From Perna viridis (taxonomy: Eukaryota): a DNA stretch of 64,000 nucleotides. Shown one piece after another: positions 27,535 through 40,603 of the stretch (positions within the stretch are counted from its first letter, which is position 1; each line of letters begins with the position of its first letter). The stretch is taken from the NCBI GenBank assembly GCA_037379345.1, contig CM074518.1, positions 38,157,586 through 38,221,585 of the forward strand, given 5' to 3'. The translations under genes were made by a program, and so were the position numbers. Below the pieces are notes generated by a model. The model did not search any database. It saw only the letters and a list, made by a program, of their open reading frames with translations, and was not told the DNA's origin.

Positions 27535-27865
27535 AAGTATGGTGTATCCATCTGCACCATGAAAACTGATTTATTCAACGGGTCATAGTTTTCCTTTTCT
27601 CATTTGTCTACCCCGGACTTGACTTTTTATGAGCAACTCGGCGGGTGTTTCTAGAAAAGCAGAGGACGCTTACCCTACCGGTGCATCTGGTACATGCTCC
27701 CAGTTTTTAGTGGAGTCCGAGTTGCTCATTTACTTTTGTTACTTTGAATGTATGATTTTAGTTACTTTATGTTCTTTGTTGTCTGTTTTCCATGTCTGGT
27801 CTTTATCCCTAGATTACATTCTTTTGTTTACCGCTATAACTTTGGTTCCCTTGATTTCTCTTTCA
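27535..27865 (+). mobile_element. Penelope-like retroelement 3' fragment
   Basis: Near-identical to 5230-5562. Confidence 0.65.
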
Positions 27866-29169
27866 CGCCTACAGAAATTTAATCAGGAAGAAATCTGCCA
27901 GAATGTTCATAGGATACAAGGAAAACTAAAACACGAAAATTTTAATTTGGCTTTTCAGTTTTAAACAGAAGTGGACCTTTTTTAAATATCAGGATCTGCC
28001 ACTGGTTATATTTGTAAGGTTTCAAGTTGAAATACTTTGAAAAAAAAGTAGAATGACAATAGATAGATTATGTACTTTAATTTATATCAACATGAACAAA
28101 GAATAGATACGTACTGCAAAGATTTTGCTTGCTCAATGCACATACCATTTTCTTCTCGGAAGGGTGTGGTTGCTGAGGATATTTGTTCAGTGATATTTAT
28201 TTTTATGCAAGCGCGAAACTAATTATTGTTTTGTTTTGTTTTTATTTTGTTTTGGTTTTTTTTTGTTTTTTTTGTTTTTTGTTTTTTTTTTGTTTTTTGT
28301 TTTTTTCAAAAGATGGAGATTTGTTTCTTATTTGAAAATTTACATTGATACGTAACGGGGGAAATAATTAATCTTCATTCTTTTTTTCTGTCTACACTTC
28401 TTAGTGGGTTTAATTTCATTTAAAACAAATTATCTTCAAACTAGAATGCATCATGAAAGTCAATATTCAGAAGTGCTTAAAAGGCAATTAGTATAAATAA
28501 TTAATAAACAGCAAATTGAATTATACTAAAAGCTGCAGACTTATGAAAAATGGATAGTACAACACACAGTGGAGGATCCAGAAATTTTGAAAAGGAGGTT
28601 CCAGTTGGGTTCTAGAGAGCGGTCCAGGCAATTGAGGATCCAGTGAATTTGAGAATTAAGGGTAAAAAATATTGAAAAGTGGGGTTCCAGAAAGGGATCC
28701 AGGCTATTATTTGCTCATCTTTTCCAAAAAGTTTACACGAAATTAACAAAAGCTTCCAACAAAATGGGAGGAGGGACCCTCTGAATCACCTAGATTCACC
28801 AGTGACAAATTGCAAATATATGCAGTGAAACCACTGAAAAGCCTTCATTTTGGTTATAAAAATGCTCTTATTTTCTCCTATCTTGAATGCTTAAGCGGTT
28901 ATTTTCAAATACTACAGTTAACCAGGCTAGCTGTTCCCATCACTGATAGAACTATAACAAAAATTATTTCTGAGATGATCATTATAATAATATTATTAAT
29001 AATGCAAAATTCTCTTTGCTCACCATTAAAAAAAATATGGGAAAATCAATGTTATCGGGCCATTTTCAGTGGTGGATCCCCGGAACCTCAACCCCTTGTC
29101 GGAAAAAATGTTACTTTCGTGGAAAAATTCGGCAAAAATGATGAATATCATAGCCTAGGACCCACTTGT

Positions 29170-29712
29170 CTATATGACAAACTATAAGATACACGCGATG
29201 AGTTTTCATTCCGTATTGTCAATTTCTCAATCATTCTTGGCAATATCCCTTCAGCACCTGCGTATGGTGTTTTCATATCACAATTCATACGTTATATCAA
29301 GGCTTGTCGTAACTACGCAGACTTTTTTTTATCGCGCTAGACTTCTTACAATTAGGCTTCTGGAACAGGGTTAAGTTTGCTACAAGACTGAAGTCACCAC
29401 TACAGAAGTTTTATGGTCGTCATCATGAACTCGTGGATCGTTAAGGTGTATACATCTGCACCATGAAAACTGATTTGTCCAACATCTCATAGTTTTCCTT
29501 TCTTCTTTCGTTTTGACTTTTTATGAACAACTCGGCGAGTGTTTCTAGAAAAGCACCTGATCCATGTACCCAGTTTTTAGTGGGGTCCGAGTTGCTCAAC
29601 TTTTGTTACTTTGCATGTATTATTTTGGTTATTTTTATGTGTTTGTCTGGTTTTTGTCCCTGGATTACATTCTTTGATTTTCGCTAGAATCTTCGATCCC
29701 TTGATTACTCTC
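29170..29712 (+). mobile_element. Penelope-like retroelement 3' fragment
   Basis: Degenerate RDEFSFRIVNF...GNIPSAPAYGVFISQFIRY...LLTIRLLEQG...KSPLQKFYGRHHELVDR. Confidence 0.7.
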
Positions 29713-30339
29713 TAGAACCCATTTGCCTTTCGATAAAACTGATGATTATATTTGACGCTACTTAAAAGTATGAAATTGCTTCGAAGCAGAACAGAATGGT
29801 TCAGTTAAAATTCGACTGTATAATGGTTCAGTAGTTACAAATGTATAAGGCTTACATCTATTTTTTTTCATACCCGCGCTACACGAAGTGATACCCTCCG
29901 TAAAGTTGCTTGTCCGTCCATCTGTCCTTCCCCCGACGGATTCCAGATGATAGCCACGTACGCGTGTCATGCAAGTGGTTACGTGCGGAGTTCCGTGACG
30001 GATTCAGGGGAATTCCTTGGTTTTGAATCCCTTTTTGTTTGAACTTTTTTTTTATTTTGCAAATGTGTTTAAAAATTGCCAAATGGTAGTTTGGAACCCC
30101 ATATTTTTAACTTCCTTATGCTCATCTTAATTTTTTATCGACAGTTTCGTCGGAAATGCAAATTATAGGTGAATTAATTGTAGAAGACTATTGCAAGAAA
30201 AGTACAGGTCTTGAGGGAAAATATGGAAATAATGATAATTGAGTCCTTTTATTTTTTACAGCATGTACATGGCTGTGTATCGCCACCCCGTGGGCATTTT
30301 CTGGAATCTAGCATATTGAATAAAATTATTCAACCGATG

Positions 30340-30800
30340 TTCCAAGAGCTTATTGGACTACATATGGGAACAAACTATGCGCCACTCCCGGCATAAAAAA
30401 AGATAAGCGATTATCACGGTCCTTCACTTTCAGTTTCCGTTATTGATGATGTAGAGTTATTATCTCTGAATCATCCGTAAACATTCGATGCACAGAAATT
30501 AATAAACTGATACGCCTTTGTCTACTTCATACTAACATGTATATAGACTTGAACCACAATATTCATAACCACAAAACTTCATTACAAACGTGATGGTTAT
30601 GACTTTCAAATTTTAAATCTCCCCTTTTTGGTAACAGCATGTCCATATCTCCACCTTATGTAGTATAATTTACGACGTTTGTCCATATATGTAAGTTTGT
30701 TATTTGTGCATGCATTGACTTACTTAGTAGAGCGAGGATATTGTCAAACAAAACTTCTAAGACAGGAGTACTTGTTAATTGCTATCATTACTATATAAGT
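30340..30800 (+). mobile_element. Highly decayed Penelope-like reverse transcriptase fragment
   Basis: GLHMGTNYAPL (RT GxPMGT motif), degenerate FRxIDDV, KRDGYDFQILNLPF. Confidence 0.55.
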
Positions 30801-32109
30801 TTTGTCGTGCATTGCATTTTGAATGACCAATATACATTTTATTTTTATCTTGGCACAGATCGATGAGACAAGATATCTTCAGGAAGATTCCACGTTTTAT
30901 ACAGGACTGACAACCCAATGACGCCTATTTTTCTGCAATGGGATGGGTGCCGCTGGTAGAGCCAGACATGTTTTTATTCTTCCGGATGTCACTTCCGTTT
31001 TTTTTTATGATAGCTCATGTTACAGTGCAGGTGCTTTATTTTTTGTGTATTGTCTTGTTTTGTTCTTATCTTCATTGTAATGTGTTATTGCATATTTTCT
31101 GTTGTCTACATCAGGGGCGGACACTCTGAAAAGGAGGGGTGCTAGCTGGGGTTGCTCAGAAAAGGGGGTGCTAGGACATTATTTGCCATTTTTTTTGTCG
31201 ATTTTACACATGAAAATGACAAGTTTCCCAAAAGAACAAAGGAAGAGTGATAACCCCAGGCACCCTCCCCCCCCCCTGGATCGTGTATGGAGATCGTTCT
31301 TGTACACTGTTTTACGTTCCGGTCGAATGTCTTTTCATAGTCCTTTTAATTGATGCTACTGAATTTCTGTCGATATTTTGTCTTTTTGCGAATGATCTTC
31401 AATTTGACAGACTTGCATGTTCCATTGTGTTCGAATTGTACATGGAAGAGCCAGTTTTGTTGAAAGTATCACAAAAACATGATGTGTTGTTGAACGGTTT
31501 AAAATTAATTCACTGGCTAAAAAAGTTCACGATCCGCAGCATCCTCCGTCACGATCACTCAGTACCTCGATCAGTTCGCGCGATCATTTTTCTCTCTCAA
31601 CAACACTTCCTGCAGCAGAGAAAAAGCATTTATCACTGAGGGCGCGTGGGATTTGATGTTGGATAAGGATTTTTTCGTGCACGTGTAAATTTTTATTTAT
31701 ATTTCAGCGGCAACTGAAATCAATATCAGCATTGATAAGAATGGGGGAAATTACAGACTTATTTTCAATGTAGAAACAAATAATTATTTCCAAAATTTTG
31801 AACATTTGCTTTTTTCGAAAAGATCTCACCCCAAACCCATCCCACCCCCTCAGCTTGTAAAATGGTCGGTTCCTTATTGTTAACATTCAACACTTTCGGG
31901 AATAATCTACTTCAAAACTCCGATCACAAAGTATCACAGGTAAGGGGACAGTAACGAGAGAATATATATACAAACTCTCAGGATCTGACAGTGACGACTC
32001 TATTCCCTACACTGCTCCATCGGATCAAATTGATACAGGGAAGATATGTAAACGTATAGAAAGGTCCTAAAATATCCAATATATGTTAGAACTGTCAAAT
32101 TTGCGATGC

Positions 32110-32230
32110 AAATTTTTGGTCGTTCCCTCCGCGGGACTCGAACTTGGTCAAGTATCCCGTAGGCTGGGCTCCGCCACCAACACCAGTTGGTTCTACTAAC
32201 CAACTAACATCGACCGTGAGAGGCCTGTAC
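32110..32230 (-). mobile_element. tRNA-related SINE-like fragment
   Basis: B-box-like GTTCGAGTCCCGC on the minus strand; no complete cloverleaf. Confidence 0.35.
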
Positions 32231-33209
32231 TGGTATTCAAGGTCGTTAAAAAGCACCAATCATCATCTTGGATAGCAAAGAAACAAAATTTAATGTTATT
32301 TATATGTATTAGTATAGTGTGTCATTATAACAGAAAATAACACCACGATAACTCAAATCAGCAAAAAAAAAAATTAAAAATCAGATTTAAAAATAAAGGG
32401 AGGGCCGAGAAACTCGGTCCTGTCCCCAAGTACTTATATATGCACGGTTTCGTGAACAACAAAGTGCGCTATGAGAAGTGTCATAGGAAAATTGCATGAA
32501 ATATAGACAAATAAGAATGGTATACTGAACTATTTAGTGATAGAGGAATATTCAGAATGGCAATTAACTCATGGTGTAGACACTGAAACTTGCGTTAAGT
32601 TGAACATTTCGATAATGGAAAGACGAACTTTGGCCTATTAAGGACTGGCTCTCTACATTTTGTCTACAGGACAGGTAGATATTCCAGGCTGTCAATTCCA
32701 GTGACGAAAGGCTATGTTTATTAAGTTACAATGGATAAATCGAATCAAAGAAAAAAGAAAAAAAAACCACACACATTTCTTATGAAATATCCTCTGGATA
32801 GTGACTTTCGTTATGACTTCATTGCATATAAGAAATTATAACAGACATAAACATACATGTCTCTGGCATTAATGATATGTTTTAGGCATATGATAAATTG
32901 TATAGAAAGCCAGACTGTAAGCTGCTATATAAATTCTAAAATTGCAACAACAACAACAAAAAAATTCATTTTTTTTTTGTTTCATGCAGGTATTCAATAG
33001 TTCATTTTAAATATTACCAGATTTTATGCAGATTTTATATTCGTTGAAAATTGTTTCACATTGATATTTAATGACTTGAATTTTTTATTGGAATTGTCAG
33101 ATTTAAACAAAAATGATTAAGTACTTAGTTTTACCATATCATGTATAATTACTATTATTACATCCTAGGTTATATATTCTATCGTAATTTTGGATCCTTC
33201 TTTTCACAA

Positions 33210-35270
33210 TCTACCTACCTACCTGTCCTCTTCACGCCTATCGGAGCATAAGGTCAACACAAGGTCAACACAAGGTATTGCCAAGTTCGTCTCTTTGCCT
33301 TTTGTCTTTGCCTCGCTCCATGTCATCTGCAGTTCCTTGAGTTTGTGTTCTACCGTCTTTCGCCAAGTTGTTTTAGGTTGTCCTCTTGTTCTGTTGCCCT
33401 GTGGTGTCCATTGCAATGCTGTTTTGGTAATATTCGAGCTTTCCGTTCAGAAAACATATCCCAGCCATCGGAAGCGCCTTTGTTTGATTTGTTGCATTAT
33501 ACAGGTGGACTCTATTGCTATTTGATATTTTATTGGGCCTAGATTTTCTGCAGATCCGCGTCGGAGGCAGCTGTGATGAAAAATAGACAGTGATGAAAAA
33601 TAGACAATGCTTTTCATGCCTGCACTGTAACTCTCCAACATTCCATACCTTATAGTAAAACAACTTTCACGTTGCTATTGAAGTTTTGTTTTAGTTTTTC
33701 TGCTGCACTGTTTAAATCCCCAGATGTTTTAAAGCATGTGAAATGCTGTTCTAGCTTTTAATGTCTATCTTTGTGGAGTCTTCGGTGCCTATGACAGTTC
33801 CTAAGTAAACAAATTTTTTGACGTGTAGGATATCCTTTAAATCTACATCGTAATATGTATTTCTAGATCACTTTGAATTTGGGTTTCTTCTGTCTTCTTT
33901 GTGTTGAGTCGGGGTACAAACTTGAAAATGTATGAGTCTGCTAGTGTTCTCTTGCATATGATCATCTGCAAAAATCAAGATCATCTAAAAGTGAAAACAT
34001 GGGCCATGTTATTCCTCTTTCCTAATCACTTGTGGTCTTTCTCAGAACCCAGTCTATAGCAATCAGAAATAAGATAAGCGAGATGATACAACCTTGTCTT
34101 ACTCCAAATTGTACTGCAAACCAATCTGTCTCTTTCTTGATCTTGCAGTAGGACATATCACTCAAACTGCGTGTAAAAGCACTTAATGAGGATCACTATC
34201 TTGGCTAGCACTCCGTAGGATCTCGCAGTTTACCACAATGTGGGTCTCTATGGATACTGTCAAAAGCCTTTTTGAAGACGGTGAAATTGACATGAAGTGG
34301 TGTTTTCACCTTTTCCGGAAGCTTTACTAAAAGTCCTTTTTGCTCAGTTTTTGGAATAGTATTTTCCTCCCAGATGGTATTTAAGAGATTGTACATTGCC
34401 TCTGTTGATGTTGTGGAGTCTGCTTTTAATAGTTTATTTTGAATTCCATCAATGCATGCCTGCAGTTTTTCTAGTCTTCATTGATTTTATGGCTATAGTT
34501 ATCTCTTCCTTAGGTGGTGGATCACTGTATATTTTATTCAGATTTTACATTCGTAGAAAATTGTGTTATATGGATATTGACTAAATAATGGTCACCCTTA
34601 GGACCTAAGTTATATTCTTTCGTAATTAAGGATAAAATATTAAGTAGCTGTCTATGTAAGAATCATGCAAAATCTGAAAAATGTGATACACCCCAAAAAA
34701 GGCTACATATTTTTATTTTTTTATTAAGTTGTTTTATGAGTCTATATTATGAAATGTGTAATTATTCATTCAAATCTACCTGATCTTAAGAGATAATCAA
34801 CATTAAAAATCCAATAGATTCTATTGTATTTGAGTGTCATTTACAGAATTATCTCCCTTAATTTTAAATTCTATAGTGTATTCTATACAATTTTTATCTC
34901 CTATGAGCACGGGTTATACGAAAAACCAAATGTTAATTCCTGTTTACTGAAGCATTTTAAACAAAATATCAAAAATAAAAATATGTAGGCTTTCCAACCA
35001 TGTATCACATTTTGCATGATTCTTAGCTGGAATGCTACTTAAAAATTAAAAATTTCATCTTTCTTTTCACAAGCAAAGAACTAAATATCTGTTTAATCAA
35101 ACGTATATATTAACCTCTTTATCTTTTTCTCCGTATTGTTTCTGCAGCTGTTCCTTTAATCTTGGTGATTTGGTCTTCACAATTTGGTCTTTCCTTTTAC
35201 AATAATTTATACAGATCTTAAATTCGTAGAAATCTGTTTTTCACTGATATTTATATTTTGACTAAATAAT
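33210..35270 (-). mobile_element. Decayed RTE-clade non-LTR retrotransposon, interrupted by a MITE
   Basis: Fragments FKKAFDSIHR, GVRQGCIIS, DLDFADD-like, IKQRRFRWLGYVF, WTPQGNRTRGQPKTTWRKTVE, with frameshifts. Confidence 0.85.
34640..35042. mobile_element. TTAA-flanked MITE
   Basis: TTAAgtagc...taagaatcatgcaaaat / attttgcatgattctta...gctacTTAA inverted termini. Confidence 0.65.
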
Positions 35271-35889
35271 TTTTAGGACCTTAGTTATATTCTTTCGTAA
35301 TTTGGGATAAGGTACCGGTCTATGATTAATTTTCACTGGCAAAGAATTAAATATCTGTTTTACCAAATTGACTTATATTTTTTTCAGGTATCTCCTAAAT
35401 CAAATTATATATAATGGCTGGATATTGATCGTTTTATTTCATTTGTATACTCTTTGTTTATGGGCACCATCCGTTTGCGCTAATCCTATTCTTAGAGACG
35501 TATTAATTGCGCCATCAATTGCAATTTCATATATATTATTTGTGCGGATATTTACCGATCAAATGCACAAAGAAGAAGGTTCAGTAAGGACTCCAATTGG
35601 GCATTCTTGAAAATTGGATTAAAGTTTATTTGTACGTAGTAGTAGTAGTAAAACGGAAAACGGTCGCAAACACTTGATATAAGATGCTTTGTCGAGATTT
35701 ATTACGTTATTCCAGAAATAACAGTATGCATTTATGTAACCTTTACAAAAACCTTTAACATTTTCAGGTGGTTTTTTTTTGTGTGGAATGGAAGTGGCCA
35801 CACATCTGTTGACTCGAGATCTTTTACGCGAGTTATAACTGACAATTATACACAAAATATATAACGCACGAGAGTCAACACGCATGTGG

Positions 35890-36270
35890 CCATCATTTGA
35901 AGCTGGCCACTTTTGCATTGTCTGGTAGTCGCATAGTGCATGGAACCATACGTCTTCTACTTGGCCTGGTGGTACAAGAAAACGTGCTGATGCTCGTCGT
36001 ACATGTTGATGGAGAGTCGGGTTGTTCTTGTAGTGCTCTGTCAGGCCAAGAGTCTGTAACTTTTCTCATATATGTTGACAGAAGTGGAATAGACAGCCTT
36101 TGATGGTGGCAGTACGAAAGGTTGTCTCTGCTCATTGCGTGCTGTTTACTTGAAGTCCATAAAGATGTTGGTAGGAGCTATAGGTGTGTTGTTGGTTCCG
36201 TTTGGTTTGAGTAGGTCAAAAGAGCGTTAGTAAAAAGTCTGGCATTTGTCGGTAAGAAGGCGAGTATACA
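35890..36270 (-). mobile_element. Mutator/MULE transposase remnant
   Basis: Across frameshifts: IFMDFK, TIKGCLFHFCQ (MULE GCxFHxxQ), LVPPGQVEDVWFHAL. Confidence 0.75.
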
Positions 36271-37009
36271 TGTAAGTGGGTACATCTCTCCCTCAATGAG
36301 TACAATAATTTCAATAAAAATAATTAAATGTTTAATTTGGCCCAATTCCTCATTTTATAATAAATTAGTTATCTGATTGACAATGACAACTAATTTATAT
36401 GTTTATGAAATATTATATAAATGTCTTACACTTTAATTTTCATAAAATACTTAGTCTTTATTCCATTTTTTTTTCTTTTACAAATCTCAAAAAGTTTGAA
36501 ATTTTTATCAATTTTATTCAAATTCAAATCTAAATTGTCTATAAATTATTATACAAATGTTTTATACTTTAATTTTCATAAAATATTTTTTTATCGTTTT
36601 CATTTCATTTTATTTAAACTCAAGTTTGAAATTTTGAACAATTTTAGCATATTTTCCTATTATGTTGGAATAACATACAGGAACTTATTTCTTGTCATTT
36701 TTTTCTGAAGACACATATCTAGTGCTAAACAAACAACAATTAACCTAAGACGAAAGTTCGATACAAGAAAAGACCCCAATTAACGCCGCAGAATATAATT
36801 TTCCATTTTATGTAATTTACTATTATTGAATAATTCTTATGTTATTTCAACCAAGTTGATATTTTTGGACCATATTCATAGCTGAATGACCTTACACCTT
36901 CAATGTTCTTCTGCGCGTATTCTGAAACTGTCGTTTTGTATATATATTTTTGTGTGGGAAATTAATTTTAATTCAATTACAGCTCACCTCCCTCTGTGTA
37001 TAAACAACC

Positions 37010-37179
37010 CAGGCGCGTAGCTGAGGCCAAATTGAAGTGTAGGCAAAATTACGGCAGGGGGTCTGGGGCCGCTTAAGGCCCCCAGCAGGCCCAGGGCGGA
37101 GCCCTGGTAGGGGGTCTAGGGGGGGGGCGAGATTAAGTGCAGGCAAAAGCTTTTTTGCCTAACGGCAGCTACGCGCCTG
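37010..37179. mobile_element. Short GC-rich MITE with an apparent 5-bp target-site duplication (TSD)
   Basis: TIR CAGGCGCGTAGCTG ... CAGCTACGCGCCTG flanked by CAACC/CAACC. Confidence 0.75.
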
Positions 37180-37479
37180 CAACCCATTTTACAATATAAT
37201 AACACCCAGGTCATCCATTGTGATTGGCAATTAACTTATATACGTGAGATGATTGGTCATTGTAACTTTGTAAACTTTATTGATAACGCTCAGACACATA
37301 ATATGGGTAACATGAGGTCAAACATATTATACAAATCATACATGGCAGAAAGACCAGACAAACAATGCACATATTAAATAACTGGCTGATTTTGTCTTAT
37401 CAAAAGATCTAGATTTTTGTAAACATCAATATGACAGTAGGTAAGTAATTTTGTTAATTTATCCACTCTTGGATACTGT

Positions 37480-38400
37480 ATTTAGTAGAAGAATTCGCCA
37501 ATCTCATTAGTGAAGTCATATTCACTAATTTGCATTGTTGGGAATAAGTTTGCCCCTGAATTCTATTACTACACTATTATTGCATATCAATAATATATGA
37601 TATTCATCCCCTATTCCATCCTTACACAAAGTAAACAATCTTTCATGTCTTGGCACATTAAACCATCTTCCAGTTTCTATTAGGAGATGTAGATTTGACG
37701 TATGTAATTTAGTTATCCAAATTCTGCAATTTCTGGATGTTTTATAAGATATTTTTTCAAGTGAAAATTCTGATTTAAATGAACCATAAATTTGTTCTCT
37801 TGAAGAATTAATTACGTCACTGACCATCTTGCTTTAAGAGCACATATCTCAGTTCCATTATACTTTATAGGTCATACAATAAAGAATACAGTAAACTACT
37901 GAACTTATCTTTGTTTTTTATACGTCTTCACCAGAACGACAACATTCTTCTTTTAATTCTCACTTCTTAAGGAAAACGCCCCAATTCTCCATAAACCATA
38001 AAATTAGGGGTCGAGCTTCGAACCTTCAAAATTCGTTTACAAAATATAAGGTGTATTCTTTATATAATTTGTATATTTTCATATCCCCAAATTTCAGAAC
38101 CATAGAGTAAAATAGGTTAAATCATATCATCAAAAAGTTTTAGTTGAAGATCAACACGAATGTTCTAGTTTCTGATCTTTTTTATAAATGCTAAATAAAG
38201 CTCTTCGAGCTTGGTTAAAAAGCTTTTGTTTTGTCACAGAGTCACTAGTGTACATACCATTTTTTAAAATAAACTTAGTATCATATAAGTGTATATGAAG
38301 GAAAGTATAAAGTTGTAATTTTAAAAATACTCCTAAAAATAATAAGTGCTTGCATATAGTATTCAGTTGATTTTTCACTATGGTTGTAAAAAACTGACAC
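37480..38400 (-). mobile_element. Decayed non-LTR retrotransposon (CR1/L2-group-like) 3' part
   Basis: KLHTSNLHLLIETGRWFNVPRHERLFTLC...GDEYHILLIC and QARRALFSIYKK, typical of a LINE ORF2 C-terminus. Confidence 0.7.
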
Positions 38401-39024
38401 ATATGCTTTCAATCAAGAATTTTTATTGTAGACTACTATAACAATCCTTGTATCAATTAACTTTCTTGAAGTTTTTTTTAAGATATACATTTCTTTCTTC
38501 TTCCATGGTTTTTCAATGTCCCAATAAATGCATGGGTAACAACTGTTTCTCTTACTTAAACTCGTATGTGTATATGTATACATGTATATAAAGGGCGAAC
38601 GGAGTAGCCTCGGGCGAATAAGATTTATGCGGGAACGGACCCGGAGTGTGCGCGAACATTTTGCTATAGCAAAGAAGTTCTCGATTCCAACCTATAGATG
38701 ACAATGATGGTTTTCGTCGATTATTACTACACTCCCTGATTCGGCGGGCTGGTTACGAATCCTTTGAAACAATTATTTTTGTTGTAATTAAAGATTGAAT
38801 TATTCCTCTTTGAACGAGCCCATTCTCATTATCTATTAGACTAAGTTGCTGTTGTTCTTTTATGGTGTAATACAATACACAACTAAATAATCTCTTTAAT
38901 TTGCATTCCTTTATATGGATTAAGGTATGATATACATTATACTATTTTATATATGAGCAATATATTTCCTTAGCAGAAGGAAGAAGTCTACATATGGAAA
39001 AAGAAATCTACTAGTTTATTGACC

Positions 39025-39550
39025 AAACTATACGATAAACGCGATTACTTTTCCATCCGTATTGTCAAGTTTCCATTCATTTGTGGCAACGCCCCTTTAG
39101 CACCTGTTTGGAGTTTTCATATCGCAACTCCTACGTCATGCCAGAGCTTGCCGTAACTACGCATACTTTTAGTACCGCGCCCGAGACTTTTTACAATTAG
39201 GCTTCTGGAACAGGGTTGAAGTTGTCACTACAGAAGTTTTATGGTCGTCATCATGCACTCGTGGATCGTAACGATGTATCCATCTACACCATGAAAACTG
39301 ATTTGTTCAATGTGTTTTAGTTTTCCTGTCCTTTTTTGTCTACCCCGGACTTGACTTTCATGAGCAACCAGTCGGTGGGTGTTTCTAGAGACTCGTACCC
39401 TACCGGAGCACTTGGACCATGGTCAAAGTTTTAAGTGGAGTCCGAGTTGCTCATTAACTTTATTTTCTTTGCACCTATTGTTTTGGTTATTTTATGTTCT
39501 ATGTTAATTGGGTGTGTCTCTTTTCCCTGTCTGGCCTTTGTCCCTGAATG
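39025..39550 (+). mobile_element. Penelope-like retroelement 3' fragment
   Basis: KLYDKRDYFSIRIVKFPFICGN...SLQKFYGRHHALVDR; same family as 29170. Confidence 0.7.
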
Positions 39551-40454
39551 ACGTCATACCATTCCAAAGATCTGTAAAATCATGGATCTTCTTTGTAATC
39601 AGATTAAGCACATTTAAATAATTCCTTTTAGTTTCAAGGCAAGGACATCCAACATGTATAACTTACTGACTCTCCCCTCATTGTCATAAAGATAAAATTA
39701 CAATTTTCCTTTCTTCTAAGATAGGCAGATTTTTCTATATAGCCTCAGACATAATGCTTTGAATTTTTTTGTGCTTTATGTTATCACCAATTATTTTCAA
39801 TTTGTACTAATGGTCTTCGTTGAATTATAGACATGTTAAATTATAGATCTGTTAAATACAGATCTGTGGTTGAATGTAGCCTATAGTTAAATTTATTGGC
39901 CCCACTTCATTTGGCCATGTAATAAGGGAGATAAGAACTGTTTTATCTTATATCTCATCCAGATGTAATATAAAGTCACTATCTTATTTTAATATTTGTT
40001 TTATTGGGATAACGTTCTCTGGTCTTATAGGCCAAAATCTCGACAGGTTTAACTTTTTCAGAACCATATGCACGTACAACGTTGTAAATATCACAAATTT
40101 CTATTTTCTAACGATCAATAGAAAAAGAGATGCCGCTCTTTAACTGCCCTTTAACTGAACTACCTAAGATCCACAAATACATTGAAGACAAATTATAAAT
40201 TGTTTGATAAAATTAATTGCTGATAAAATAAAATCCATATAGGACCAGGAATATTTTATATTATATATAAAAAAAATTGGAAAATAAAGTATCTGTTACT
40301 ACGCAATTGACTGAAACTAATAACTTCAAAATTGAAGTTCAAATATAATGTACGTGTGTGATATGATATCGATAAATTGTTCAACAAACGTTTTATCTGT
40401 TTTTTTTCTGTTTGTTCTATCTTTTTGCCCCATAGGGCACCCCTTGAAATATCG

Positions 40455-40603
40455 ACCATGCGCAGTTAGGTATGCGTTGAGTGGACTAAACGGCGCACAA
40501 ATAGAACATGGCGAAGGCTAACTAATGTTCCATCGTTGGCAAAACAATTTAAACCTTATAAAAAGACAAGAACACTTCGAAAATACATTGCATAGAGGTG
40601 AGT
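40455..40603 (+). promoter_or_regulatory. Candidate promoter and non-coding first exon of gene B
   Basis: CpG-rich; NRF1-like CATGCGCA (~40457), YY1-like AACATGGCG (40505-40513), consensus donor GAG|GTGAGT at 40597. Confidence 0.6.

Noticed and set aside
31380-31520. Minus-strand YFQQNWL...QWN fragment, possibly MULE transposase
   Set aside because: Too short and frameshifted to call.
32110-32230. Possible tRNA gene
   Set aside because: Only a B-box-like motif; no cloverleaf could be built.
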